Shown here piece by piece: positions 1-9,828 of a DNA stretch of 64,000 nucleotides (its first letter is position 1; every line of letters begins with the position of its first letter). The stretch lies in NCBI GenBank assembly GCA_963732385.1, contig CAVSZB010000007.1, forward strand, positions 641,685 through 705,684. The letters are read 5' to 3'. Position numbers and translations under genes: made by a program. Under the pieces are notes generated by a model. That model was given only the letters and a program-made list of their open reading frames with translations, did not search any database and was not told the origin of the DNA. The DNA comes from an uncultured bacterium (GTDB taxonomy: Bacteria; Krumholzibacteriota; Krumholzibacteriia; LZORAL124-64-63).

Positions 1-196
1 TAGTCTGCGCGGCGAAGAGCGCCACCCCGGCCAGTCTGGCCTTCTCTGGGCAGCGGCAGCCAATGTATACGCCAGGTTCCGGGGTGTCAACCTCGCGGGT
101 CAGAATTTCCAATTTCTTTTGAAGCGACCTTCCGGCTGTTCCTTTCGCGATCTCCGATTGCCGCCGCCGCCCGGACCGCCTACTTTCATCGGCACT

Positions 197-2356
197 ATGC
201 CACGCCTGATCGAGAAAGAAATCCCGCGGGTCTGGGTGCGGATGAGCCTCCTGGCGCTCACCGGCACTTTCTGCCTGCTGATGGGCATCTCCATCGCCTG
301 GATCCGGCACCTTTCCCGGGATCTGCCTTCTCCGGCCGTCATCCAGGAGATCGCCCCGTCTCTGAAGACCCTGGTGCTCTCCGCTCGTGGAGACACCATC
401 CACGAGTTCTATCGCGAGAACCGCGCCGTCGTGGCCCTGCCACGCATTCCCCGGCGCCTGCAGCAAGCGGTGGTCGCCATCGAGGATCGCCGCTTCTACG
501 ACCACTACGGCGTGGACGCACGACGCATTGTGAAGATCATCTGGGTCAATCTCACCTCGCGCAGCCGGCCAGGCGCCAGCACCCTGACGCAGCAGCTCGC
601 CCGCAATCTTTTCCTCACGCCGGAGAAGACCGTCAGCCGCAAGCTCAAGGAGATCATCCTCGCGCTGCAGATCGAGCAGACGTATACGAAGGATGAAATC
701 CTGGCCATGTACCTCAACCAGATCTACCTCGGCCGAGGGGCGTACGGCGTGCAGGCGGCGGCCCGCACGTACTTTGGCAAGGATGTGCGGGATTTGGCGG
801 ACCCCGAGCTCACGCTCCTGGCCGGCCTGATCCAGAACCCCGGCCGCTTCAACCCCTTCACTCACGCCGACGCGGCCTACCGCCGCCGCGCTATCGTGCT
901 GCAGTCCATGGTCGAGACCGGCAGTCTTACGCGCGAGAGAGCAGAGGAGATCGGCCGCACGCCGGTCCGTCTCGCCGATCCCGATGACGTGCTGAATCAC
1001 GTCGACTTCGGCGGCTACTTCTTCGAGGAGGTGCGTCAGCATCTCGAGCGGCGCTACGGCGTTGCTGCGCTCTACGAAGGGGGATTGCGAGTCACCACGA
1101 CGCTCGATCCTGCGGCGCAGCGATTCATGGAGCAGGCGGTCGAGCGGCACCTGACCAGGTTCGAGAAGGACTTCGGTTATCGGCATTCCCGCGCACGCTA
1201 CCTGAGCCGGATCGAAGCGGAGGAGGCGGGTGCCCGGCCGGTCTACCTGCAATGCGCCGCCCTCCTGATGGACTCGCAGACCGGCGCCGTGCTCGGCATG
1301 GTGGGTGGTCGCTCCTTCCGGGAGAGCAAGTACAATCGCGCGGTGCAGTCGCGCCGCCAGCCCGGGTCGGTCTTCAAGCCATTCGTCTACCTCGCAGCCA
1401 TCGAGCGCGGCTACACGCCGGCCTCGATCCTGATGGACACGCCGGTCGTGATCGACACGGGGGCCGGGATCTGGCAGCCGCAAAACTACAGCGGAAAATT
1501 CGAAGGACCCGTCACGCTGCGCTACGCACTGTCGCACAGCATCAACTGCCCGACCGCCCGCTTCTATCTCGATTTCGGTCTGAGCCCGGTGCTCGATGCA
1601 GCCAGGGAACTCGGCATCGCCAGCGATCTGCCCCGAGTTCCGGCGGTGTTTCTCGGCGCGGGAGAGGTCAGCCTGATCGAGGTGGTGGCCGCCTACGCCG
1701 CGTTTGGCGACCAGGGTATTCACGCCGAGCCCTACCTCATCTCGCGCGTGGAGACAGCGCAGGGCGAGGTGCTGGAAGAGAACGGTCCGCATCTGCGGGA
1801 GGCGCTGGACCCGGCAACCGCCTACATCATGGCGGACCTCCTGCAGAGCACGCTACGCGAGGGCACCGGCGCACGTGCCGGCCAGTACGGCTTCCACGGC
1901 ACCGGCGCCGGCAAGACCGGCACGACGAACGACTGCACCGACGCCTGGTTCGTCGGCTTCACCCCCCGCCTCTGCGCCGGCGTCTGGGTCGGCTTCGATG
2001 ACAAGGTCACCATGGGGCGCAAGAAGACCGGAGCCGTCATGGCACTGCCTGTGTGGGCCGATTTCATGGGGAAGATCATCGACAGCAACGCGGACGAGAC
2101 GTTCCCGCGTCCGGCCGGAATCACGGAGAGGCCGGTTTGCTCCGAAACCGGACTCCTGGCCACGACCCGCTGCCCGCAGACCCGGCTGGAGATTTTTCTG
2201 GAGCGCAGTACACCCGGCTCGCCCTGTTCCCGCCATCCTGGGCCACTGCTCGATGCCTCGCGCATCCGCGTGACGACAACGCCCGCAGCAGACGAGGCGC
2301 CGGAGGATCCCGAAGCGCATGATCTGCCCGATCCACCGGGCCGCGACGAGCCTTAG
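197..2356 (+). CDS. mrcA: Bifunctional penicillin-binding protein 1A (glycosyltransferase + transpeptidase)
   Basis: GT51 motifs RFYDHYGVD and QQLARNLFL are present. The transpeptidase has SGSVFKP (SxxK), SHS (SxN) and KTGTT. An N-terminal TM helix reads LLALTGTFCLLMGISIAWI. The ORF track starts at a TTG at 119; the ATG at 197 or 241 is more plausible. Confidence 0.9.
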   Translation: MPRLIEKEIPRVWVRMSLLALTGTFCLLMGISIAWIRHLSRDLPSPAVIQEIAPSLKTLVLSARGDTIHEFYRENRAVVALPRIPRRLQQAVVAIEDRRFYDHYGVDARRIVKIIWVNLTSRSRPGASTLTQQLARNLFLTPEKTVSRKLKEIILALQIEQTYTKDEILAMYLNQIYLGRGAYGVQAAARTYFGKDVRDLADPELTLLAGLIQNPGRFNPFTHADAAYRRRAIVLQSMVETGSLTRERAEEIGRTPVRLADPDDVLNHVDFGGYFFEEVRQHLERRYGVAALYEGGLRVTTTLDPAAQRFMEQAVERHLTRFEKDFGYRHSRARYLSRIEAEEAGARPVYLQCAALLMDSQTGAVLGMVGGRSFRESKYNRAVQSRRQPGSVFKPFVYLAAIERGYTPASILMDTPVVIDTGAGIWQPQNYSGKFEGPVTLRYALSHSINCPTARFYLDFGLSPVLDAARELGIASDLPRVPAVFLGAGEVSLIEVVAAYAAFGDQGIHAEPYLISRVETAQGEVLEENGPHLREALDPATAYIMADLLQSTLREGTGARAGQYGFHGTGAGKTGTTNDCTDAWFVGFTPRLCAGVWVGFDDKVTMGRKKTGAVMALPVWADFMGKIIDSNADETFPRPAGITERPVCSETGLLATTRCPQTRLEIFLERSTPGSPCSRHPGPLLDASRIRVTTTPAADEAPEDPEAHDLPDPPGRDEP

Positions 2357-3681
2357 GGCACCGGAGACCCGAGCCGTTCGAGCACCAGGGCCGGCGGCGC
2401 GACCGGCCCGGCGGCGACGGTCACGGCGGCCCGCAGGCGCCGTGCGGCGGTTTCAGCCCGATCCCGGTCCCGGCAGAGCAGGGTGGCCAGCGGCTGGCCC
2501 CGGGTGACGGCGTCACCCACGCGGGCGTGGAAGAGGATCCCGGCCGACAGGTCGAGGCTGTCTTCAACGCGGCGTCGCCCCCCGCCAAGGTCGGCCAGCG
2601 CATACCCCACTTCGCGACACGCCACAGCCGTAACCCAGCCATCGGCGACCGCCTCGACCGCCAGGGCGGCCGGCGCCATGTCGAGGCCCCAGTCGTCGCG
2701 CTCCGGGTCGAGACGCCCCCCCTGGGCAGCGATCCAGGCGAGCAGTCGCTCCTGCGCCGTACCGCCATCCCACGCCGCCCGCACGCGCGCCAGCGCCGCC
2801 TCGCGAGTCGGGTCCAGCCGTGCCAGGAGCAGCATCTCCGCGACGAGGTCCTCGGTCAGAGCCACCAGGTCGGCCGGCGCGGAACGGCGTCCGCCGGGAC
2901 GCAGCGCCGCGAACGCCTCCACCGCCTCCACCGCGTGCCCCACGGCGACTCCAAGCGGCTGCGACATGTCGGAGAAGACCACCGCCACGCTCCGCCCCCA
3001 GTGCCCCGCCACCTCGATGAGGGCGCGCGCCAGCGCGCGGGCCGCGGCGAGGTCGGTCATGAAGGCGCCCGATCCGGTCTTCAGGTCGATGACGATCGAG
3101 GCGGGACCGGCCGCCAGCTTTTTGCTGAGAATAGAAGCGGTGATCAGGGGCACGCAATCCACGGTGGCGGTCACGTCGCGCAGGGCGTAGATCCGCCCGT
3201 CGGCCGGGGCGATCGCCGGCCCCTGGCCAATGATCGCACAGCCGGCCTCACCCACGATGCGCAGGAAGGTGGCGTTGTCGAGGTCGGTCCGGTAGCCGGG
3301 AACCGCGGCCAGCTTGTCGAGCGTGCCGCCAGTGTGACCCAGACCGCGCCCGGAGAGCATCGGCACGCAAAGACCGCAGGCGGCGGCAAGCGGCGCGAGC
3401 AGGAGACTCACCTTGTCCCCCACGCCGCCGGTACTGTGCTTGTCTGCGGTGGGAGCCGGCAGGCCGCCGAGATCGAGCCGCTGCCCCGAGCGGAGCATGG
3501 CGTCGGTGAGGGCGATCGTTTCGGCGGTATCGAGACCGCGGAACCAGATGGCCATCAGACAGGCGGCCATCTGGTACTCCGGCACGCGACCGGCCGTGAA
3601 GCCCTCGACCAGGAAGTCGATCTCCTCCACATGCAGCACGGCGCCGCGCTTCTTGCGCTCGATGATCTCGACGGCGTTCAC
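2353..3681 (-). CDS. deoA: Thymidine / pyrimidine-nucleoside phosphorylase
   Basis: The N-terminus NAVEIIERKKRG...MAIWFRGLD and the HSTGGVGDKVSLLLAPL glycosyltransferase family 3 signature are present. The start is probably a GTG near 3681 (track ORF opens at 3714). It is convergent with mrcA and overlaps it by 4 nt. Confidence 0.9.
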   Translation of the reverse strand: MNAVEIIERKKRGAVLHVEEIDFLVEGFTAGRVPEYQMAACLMAIWFRGLDTAETIALTDAMLRSGQRLDLGGLPAPTADKHSTGGVGDKVSLLLAPLAAACGLCVPMLSGRGLGHTGGTLDKLAAVPGYRTDLDNATFLRIVGEAGCAIIGQGPAIAPADGRIYALRDVTATVDCVPLITASILSKKLAAGPASIVIDLKTGSGAFMTDLAAARALARALIEVAGHWGRSVAVVFSDMSQPLGVAVGHAVEAVEAFAALRPGGRRSAPADLVALTEDLVAEMLLLARLDPTREAALARVRAAWDGGTAQERLLAWIAAQGGRLDPERDDWGLDMAPAALAVEAVADGWVTAVACREVGYALADLGGGRRRVEDSLDLSAGILFHARVGDAVTRGQPLATLLCRDRDRAETAARRLRAAVTVAAGPVAPPALVLERLGSPVP

Positions 3682-3717
3682 GGATTCCTCTCGCCGACAC
3701 GCGCCGGGCGGCACGGA

Positions 3718-4587
3718 TCAGCCGCTGATGATCTTCACGCCGGCGCTGGCGCCGAGACGATTGGCCCCAGCGGCGATCATGGCGTCGGCCGTAGCGCGAT
3801 CGCGGATGCCCCCCGCCGCCTTCACGCCGACGTCGAGCCCCACCACGCGGCGCATCAGGCGCACATCGTGCACCGTGGCGCCTCCCTTGGCGAAGCCGGT
3901 GGAGGTCTTGACGTAGTCCGCGCCGGCATCGCGCGAGAGCACGCAGGCTGCGACCTTCTCCGCATCGTCGAGCAGCGCGCACTCGATGATCACCTTCAGG
4001 CAGGCGGCGCCGAGAGTTTCCCGGCGCACGGCCGCGATGTCCTCGTAGACGGCGCGGAATTCGTCACCCTTGAGCGCGCCGATCGGGATCACCATGTCCA
4101 CCTCGGTGGCTCCCTGCTGCACGGCGCGACGCGCTTCGAGCGCCTTGATCTCGGTCTCGCAGGCGCCGAGCGGAAAACCGACCACGGTGCAGACCGCCAC
4201 CGTCGTGCCGCGCAGATGCTCCGCGCAGAGCCCTACCCAGACCGGGTTGACGCAGACCGCCGCGAACCGGTTCTCCGCCGCCTCGCGGCAGAGCGTTTCA
4301 ATCTCCGCGCGGGTGGCCTCCGGCTTGAGGATCGTATGGTCGATGAAGCCGGCAAGATCGGGCGGTGTACGGCACGCCTCAGGGCAGAACCCCATGCGCG
4401 AGGCGCCCAGGTCGATCCAGCCGCGCAGCAGGCGCCCGTCGTCGGCCAGCAGGCCGTGCGTGGACGGCGGCGCCTCGCCGGTCACGCTCCACCAGCCGGC
4501 GGCCGGAGCCGGTTCGGCGGGCAGTTCGCTCAGCACGCGCGCCACGACCCGGCGCGTCAGTTCCTCAACCCAGCGCGCGTCCGCCAC
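3718..4587 (-). CDS. deoC: Deoxyribose-phosphate aldolase with about 70-aa N-terminal extension
   Basis: Core motifs AAVCVNP, VVGFPLGA and KTSTGF (Schiff-base Lys region) are present. A GTG start at 4587 sits 6 nt after GGAGGAG, so the extension is probably real. Confidence 0.85.
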   Translation of the reverse strand: MADARWVEELTRRVVARVLSELPAEPAPAAGWWSVTGEAPPSTHGLLADDGRLLRGWIDLGASRMGFCPEACRTPPDLAGFIDHTILKPEATRAEIETLCREAAENRFAAVCVNPVWVGLCAEHLRGTTVAVCTVVGFPLGACETEIKALEARRAVQQGATEVDMVIPIGALKGDEFRAVYEDIAAVRRETLGAACLKVIIECALLDDAEKVAACVLSRDAGADYVKTSTGFAKGGATVHDVRLMRRVVGLDVGVKAAGGIRDRATADAMIAAGANRLGASAGVKIISG

Positions 4588-4590
4588 GGC

Positions 4591-5016
4591 TCACTCCTCC
4601 CCGCCGCCGGGCGGCGTGCCGGCGCCATCGAAGGTCGTGAACGCGCGCGGCAGCAGGTCGGCCAGCGCCCACTCCTCGTCGGGACCGCCGGCGCCGGCCA
4701 GCACTACCGTCAGACCCGGCGCGAACTCCTGCAGGGCCTGGCGGCAGGCGCCGCAGGGGGGAGTGGGATGCCCCTCCCCCGTGACGACCGCGATGGCCGT
4801 GAACTCCCGCTCCCCGTCGGCGATCGCGCGGCACAGAGCGGCCCGCTCCGCACAGATCGACAGCCCGAAGCTGGCGTTCTCCACGTTCGTGCCGGCGTGG
4901 ATCCGGCCGGACACGCCCAGGAGAGCCGCGCCCACCGCGAAGTGAGAATAGGGAGAATAGCTGCGCGTCCGCACCGCCCGCGCCGCGGCCACCAGTTCGG
5001 CGAAGGGTCCGCTCAT
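4591..5016 (-). CDS. cdd: Cytidine deaminase
   Basis: The CAERAA...PCGACRQ zinc-binding CDA signature is present. The gene is 141 aa. It overlaps deoB by 4 nt. Confidence 0.9.
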   Translation of the reverse strand: MSGPFAELVAAARAVRTRSYSPYSHFAVGAALLGVSGRIHAGTNVENASFGLSICAERAALCRAIADGEREFTAIAVVTGEGHPTPPCGACRQALQEFAPGLTVVLAGAGGPDEEWALADLLPRAFTTFDGAGTPPGGGEE

Positions 5017-6215
5017 GCCGCTCCTCCCGCCGGAGCCGCCCGCAACGTCTCCAGGAAACTCCGACCGACGGCCGGCACCGTCGCGCCGAAGAATTCGGCC
5101 ACGGTGGCCCCGACGTCCGCGAACGTGGCCCGGTCGCCCAACGGACCGCCTCCCTCGCGGCCGCCGAGCATCGCCAACAGCGGCACATATTCGCGCGCGT
5201 GGTCGGTGCTGGCGGTCGTCGGGTCATTCCCGTGGTCGGCGGTGATCAGCAGCAGGTCGCCGGAGCGTAGCCGCGGCAGCCAGCCGGCCAGCCAGGCGTC
5301 GAACCGGGCCAGCTCGGCGGCCATCCCCGCAGGATCGTTGCGATGCCCCCAGAGCATGTCGAAGTCCACCAAATTCAGCAGGAAAAGGACGTCACCGTCT
5401 ACGTCGCGCGCATAGGCCTCGGCCAGCGCCTGCTGTCCCTGCGCGTTTCCCTTGGCGACAATCTTCTCGGTGATCCCCTTTGCTGCATAGAGATCGGAGA
5501 TCTTGCCGACCGCGGTCACACCGACCTCCGCTTCCACGAGGCGGGGCAGCAGGAGCGTGTCGGGCGGCTCGACCGAGAAGTCGCGCCGGTTGGGGGTCCG
5601 GACATAGTGTCCGGAGGCGCCGGTGAACGGCCGTGCGATCACCCGGCTGACATGGTGGGGCGGCACAAGCAGTTGGCGGGCCGCCTCGCACCACGAGTAC
5701 AACCTGGCGAGCGGCACGACCTCCTCGTGCGCAGCGATCTGGAAGACCGAATCGGCCGACGTGTAGATGATCGGCCGCCCCGTGCGCACATGCTCGTCGC
5801 CCAGGCGCTCGATGATCTCCGTGCCGGACGCCACGCAGTTGCCCAGCGCCTCCAGCCCCACCGCTTCACGGAACCGTTCGAGAACGGCGGGAGGGAAGCC
5901 CCCGGGATAGGTCGGAAATGGGACCTCGGTGATAACCCCCATCAACTCCCAGTGCCCGGTCGTGCTGTCCTTGCCATGAGAGACCTCTCCCAGCCGGCCC
6001 CAGGCCGCCAGCGGGCGAACTGCCGGCGGCACGCCGGCGATGGGGTGCAGATTGCCCAGCCCCAGCCGCGCGAGCGTCGGCAGCGCGAGACCGCCGACCG
6101 CGCGCGCCGTATTGCCGAGCGTGTCGCTGCCGGCATCGCCATAGTCGGCCGCGTCGGGCAGTTCTCCCGCGCCGACCCCGTCCAGAATGATGATGACTGC
6201 GCTGGCCAAGCTGCC
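5013..6215 (-). CDS. deoB: Phosphopentomutase
   Basis: Motifs IIILDGVGAGE, MGHRNDP and ITADHGNDPT are present. The ORF track extends to 6428; I trimmed the start by eye to near 6215. Confidence 0.85.
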   Translation of the reverse strand, partial: GSLASAVIIILDGVGAGELPDAADYGDAGSDTLGNTARAVGGLALPTLARLGLGNLHPIAGVPPAVRPLAAWGRLGEVSHGKDSTTGHWELMGVITEVPFPTYPGGFPPAVLERFREAVGLEALGNCVASGTEIIERLGDEHVRTGRPIIYTSADSVFQIAAHEEVVPLARLYSWCEAARQLLVPPHHVSRVIARPFTGASGHYVRTPNRRDFSVEPPDTLLLPRLVEAEVGVTAVGKISDLYAAKGITEKIVAKGNAQGQQALAEAYARDVDGDVLFLLNLVDFDMLWGHRNDPAGMAAELARFDAWLAGWLPRLRSGDLLLITADHGNDPTTASTDHAREYVPLLAMLGGREGGGPLGDRATFADVGATVAEFFGATVPAVGRSFLETLRAAPAGGAA

Positions 6216-6355
6216 ACTCCCCGCTTCGCGGTGAAACAGTCCGAACAGGTTAGGCGGCACTCCGCGCGAAGTCAACGGCCGGCAGCGCCCGCCGGTCGGG
6301 AACGATCCGTGAATCCACAGCTTGTGCGAACGGGGTGACAGCGTAGAATGGTGGC

Positions 6356-7759
6356 ATGTGCGCCGACCTTTTCCGTCATGATCCCGGGCCGTCCGCGTCC
6401 CCCGCATCCGCTGGCGACCGTGCGGCACCGGTTTCCCCGCTCGCCGATCGGATGCGCCCGGCCACGCTCGATGATGTGGTCGGCCAGGACGATCTGCTCG
6501 GCGCCGGTCGGCCTCTGCGGCGCCTGATCGAGACCGACGCGGTGCCGTCGCTCATCCTTTGGGGCCCTCCCGGCTGCGGCAAAACGACCCTGGCACGCCT
6601 GATCGCCGGCCGGGCCCGCGCGCGCTGCCTGGAGTACAGCGCCGTGGCGGTCGGCACGAAGGAGCTGAAGGAGACCATGGTCGAGGCGCAGAAGCTGCGC
6701 CACGCCACCGGTCGGCGCACCCTGATCTTCCTGGACGAGATCCACCGCTTCACCAAGAGCCAGCAGGACTCGCTGCTACCCTGGGTCGAGCGGGGCGACA
6801 TCACGCTGATCGGCGCCACGACGGAAAACCCGTCCTTCGAGTTGAATGCGGCCCTGCTATCGCGGCTGCGCCTGTTCGTGCTGTCCCGCCTGACCCCGAC
6901 CGACCTCGTGGCTCTCCTGCGCCGCGCGCTGGCCGAACCGCGCGGGCTGGCGGGGATGGCCCCCCCGTTCACCGACGAGGCGCTCGACGCCCTGGCGACC
7001 CTGAGCGAGGGCGATGCGCGCAGCTGTCTCAACCTGCTCGAGACTGCGGCGCTGGCGGCAACCGAGACGACCGCGGGACGCTCTGCGCCCCCCGTCACCG
7101 TCGACACACTCGCCGAACTCGTACGCCGACGCCTCCTCCGCTACGACAAGGCGGGCGAGGAGCACTTCAATCTCATCTCGGCTCTGCACAAGTCGCTGCG
7201 CAACAGCGACGCCCAGGCGGCTCTCTACTGGCTCGGGCGCATGCTGGCCGGCGGCGAGGATCCGCTGTACATCGCCCGGCGCCTGGTGCGCTTCGCCAGC
7301 GAGGATGTCGGTCTGGCTGACCCGGCGGCCCTGCCCCAGGCGCTGGCCGCGCGCGACGCGCTGCAGTTCATCGGCCAGCCCGAGGGCGAACTGGCGCTGG
7401 CGCAGGCGGTCGTCTACCTCGCGCTCTCCCCCAAGAGCAACGCGCTCTACACCGGTTACGCGGCCGTGGTCGAGGAGACGCGCCACGGCCTCAATCCCCC
7501 GGTGCCGCTGCAGTTGCGCAACGCGCCCACCTCCATGATGAAGGGGCTCGGCTACGGCGCGGGCTATGTCTACGCCCACGACACCGCGGAGGGAGTCGCC
7601 GCCATGCCGTGCCTGCCGCCCGAACTGGCGGACCGTGAGTTCTACACCCCGACCCGGCGCGGCTATGAGGCCACGCTGGCCGATCGGCTCGCGCGGCTCG
7701 CGGCGTGGCGGCGCCGGCGGGCCGGCGGCGAAGCCGGACAACTAGGAGGCGACGGATGA
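6356..7759 (+). CDS. rarA: Replication-associated recombination protein A (AAA+ ATPase)
   Basis: Walker A ILWGPPGCGKTT and Walker B IFLDEIHRF are present, followed by a MgsA-type C-terminus. It is divergent from deoB. Confidence 0.9.
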   Translation: MCADLFRHDPGPSASPASAGDRAAPVSPLADRMRPATLDDVVGQDDLLGAGRPLRRLIETDAVPSLILWGPPGCGKTTLARLIAGRARARCLEYSAVAVGTKELKETMVEAQKLRHATGRRTLIFLDEIHRFTKSQQDSLLPWVERGDITLIGATTENPSFELNAALLSRLRLFVLSRLTPTDLVALLRRALAEPRGLAGMAPPFTDEALDALATLSEGDARSCLNLLETAALAATETTAGRSAPPVTVDTLAELVRRRLLRYDKAGEEHFNLISALHKSLRNSDAQAALYWLGRMLAGGEDPLYIARRLVRFASEDVGLADPAALPQALAARDALQFIGQPEGELALAQAVVYLALSPKSNALYTGYAAVVEETRHGLNPPVPLQLRNAPTSMMKGLGYGAGYVYAHDTAEGVAAMPCLPPELADREFYTPTRRGYEATLADRLARLAAWRRRRAGGEAGQLGGDG

Positions 7760-8715
7760 AGAGGATCGGCGTGCTCACCGGCGGCGGCGACTGCGCGGGC
7801 ATGAACGCTGCGGTGCGGGCGGTGGTGCGAACGGCCTGGTCGAAGGGCGCCGAGGTGATCGGCATCAACCGCGGCTGGCTCGGCCTGAGCGAGGGTGACG
7901 CCGAGGTGATGGGGCCGGGGTCGGTGAGCGGAATCATCGACAGAGGGGGCACGGTGCTGCGCACCTTCCGCTACCCGGAATTCCAGAATCCGGCCGGACA
8001 GGAGAAAGTGCGCCGCCAGGTCGAGCGACTGAAGCTGGACGGCATGGTGATCATCGGCGGCGACGGCAGCTTCCGGGGCGGCCATGTGCTGGACCACACC
8101 TTCGATCTGCCGGTGATCGGAGTGCCGGGCACCATCGACAACGACATTCCCGGCACCGACTGGTCGATCGGCTTCGACACGGCGCTCAACATCGCGATCG
8201 AGGCCGTGGGCAAGGTCCGCGACACCGCCACCAGCCACGGCCGCATTTTCGTCATCGAGGTGATGGGTCGCTCCTGCGGCCTGCTGGCGATCCAGTCCGG
8301 CATCGCCTGCGGCGCCGAGGAGGTGCTGGTGCCCGAAATCCCGTTCGACCTCGACGAGATCTGCCGCCGTATCGACAAGGGGTACGACCGGGGCAAACGG
8401 CACGCGATCATCATCGTGGCGGAGGGGGCGGCCAAGGCGTCGGTCATCACCTACGAGATGAAGAACCGCCTGCAGCGCAGCATCCGCATGGTGGTCCTGG
8501 GTCACGTGCAGCGCGGCGGCTCCCCGTCGGCCTTCGACCGCATCCTCGCCACGCGCCTGGGCAGCTACGCCACGGAGATCCTGTTCGAGGGCCAGCGCGG
8601 CGTGATGGTTGGCCTGGTGGCCAACCGGTTCAAGACCAGTCCGCTGCGCAAGTCCAGCTACCGCATGGACAAGGTCGTGGCTCACTACGCGGTGCTGCAG
8701 CGCCTGCTGGCCTGA
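7756..8715 (+). CDS. pfkA: ATP-dependent 6-phosphofructokinase
   Basis: The N-terminus MKRIGVLTGGGDCAGMNAAVRAVV and the GGDGSF motif are present. AGGAGG lies 6 nt before the ATG at 7756. The ATGA overlaps rarA. Confidence 0.9.
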   Translation: MKRIGVLTGGGDCAGMNAAVRAVVRTAWSKGAEVIGINRGWLGLSEGDAEVMGPGSVSGIIDRGGTVLRTFRYPEFQNPAGQEKVRRQVERLKLDGMVIIGGDGSFRGGHVLDHTFDLPVIGVPGTIDNDIPGTDWSIGFDTALNIAIEAVGKVRDTATSHGRIFVIEVMGRSCGLLAIQSGIACGAEEVLVPEIPFDLDEICRRIDKGYDRGKRHAIIIVAEGAAKASVITYEMKNRLQRSIRMVVLGHVQRGGSPSAFDRILATRLGSYATEILFEGQRGVMVGLVANRFKTSPLRKSSYRMDKVVAHYAVLQRLLA

Positions 8716-8812
8716 GACGACCTCACTGGCGGCGGAACCGGCAGGCAAACGCCGTGAGCGCAGGGCGCACACGGCGTTCACTCGACAGGACGCAGGGCAG
8801 CCTGTTTCCCGG

Positions 8813-9655
8813 CTAGTCGATCGACCCCTTGACGAAGGTGTTCGCGTAGCGGAACCAGTTCACCTTCATCTTGCCCACGATGTGACCGAGCACGCCGTTG
8901 TCCGCCTTGCGATCGGCGTAGTTCTCGACGACCTCGGTCAGCGTGAACGAACCCTGCAGCGGCAACTGCTTGGCGTTGAGCAGTTCCAGCATCCACTCCG
9001 CGCCGGGGCTCAGTTCCACGATCTCGAGCGTGGCGTTCGGGAAGACGGCGAACCAGCCCTGCTGCTGGGGAGCGGCCGGCTTGGGCGCACGCACGAAACG
9101 GGCAACGAGCGACTGCACCTGGATCGTGGCGCCGCCCGGGTCCTTCGGCAGGTAGTTCTTGGCGTCTTCGATCTTCTTCCAGTCGAGATCCGGCAGGGGG
9201 GCTCCCGGAGTCTGCGTCTGGTCCGACGTTAGTCTGATCACGCGCGGCAGAGCATACGTGAAGACCGAATCGACCATGGTCGCCTGTCCGCCGCGCTTGA
9301 CGCGCCGCACCTTGAGATGCGAGACAGGCGTGAACAGCTTCTGCACGCCCAGGAGCGCTCCCTGATAGGAGGAGACGTTCTGCTCCAGATCCTTGGCGAC
9401 CACGAACTCGAGCACATTGCCGTCGCGAACGATGCCCGCATTCCCTTTGACATATTCGAACTGCGGCGCGTCGATCTCGAACAGGAAGTTCTTGCTCAGA
9501 GTATCGCCGCGGGTAACGGCCCTGAGAGAGGCGTACACGAACGGGTCGACCGCCTTCTTCTTGCCGCAACCCACAAGGCTCAGGCAGGACAGCAGCGCGA
9601 CGACGCCGAGTAGCAACAAGAGGCCCCGGCTACGCATGGACCGCATCAAAGACAT
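8813..9655 (-). CDS. Lipoprotein of unknown function
   Basis: There is a signal peptide with an LVGC lipobox (MSLMRSMRSRGLLLLLGVVALLSCLSLVGCGKKK). AGGGAGG lies 8 nt upstream of the ATG at 9655. The product is rich in K/N/F/Y, like a secreted protein. Confidence 0.7.
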   Translation of the reverse strand: MSLMRSMRSRGLLLLLGVVALLSCLSLVGCGKKKAVDPFVYASLRAVTRGDTLSKNFLFEIDAPQFEYVKGNAGIVRDGNVLEFVVAKDLEQNVSSYQGALLGVQKLFTPVSHLKVRRVKRGGQATMVDSVFTYALPRVIRLTSDQTQTPGAPLPDLDWKKIEDAKNYLPKDPGGATIQVQSLVARFVRAPKPAAPQQQGWFAVFPNATLEIVELSPGAEWMLELLNAKQLPLQGSFTLTEVVENYADRKADNGVLGHIVGKMKVNWFRYANTFVKGSID

Positions 9656-9828
9656 TGGAATGACCTCCCTTGGGACTTCTTTTGCCTTGCGGGTGGGGTG
9701 GCAAGGCCGACACATCTCCAACCTGCACCGGAACTCTGCCTGCGGCAGCGCAGGGCACGAATAATTCCCGGATACGCCTCTCGAACTGCATGGAAAATGC
9801 GGCTTTGGCACCAGGAAAGCAAGCCCGA

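Noticed and set aside
2527-5415. 962-aa plus-strand ORF across the deo operon
   Set aside because: It is antisense to four well-supported minus-strand genes and is low complexity.
8813-9655. Horizontal acquisition of the lipoprotein gene from lower GC (about 60%)
   Set aside because: The composition shift is modest and is typical of secreted K/N-rich proteins. It is flanked by native-looking genes.
9688-9715. Hairpin GCCTTGC-N11-GCAAGGC in the lipoprotein 5' leader as an attenuator
   Set aside because: The stem is short with a long loop and no U-tract. It is indistinguishable from chance in GC-rich DNA.
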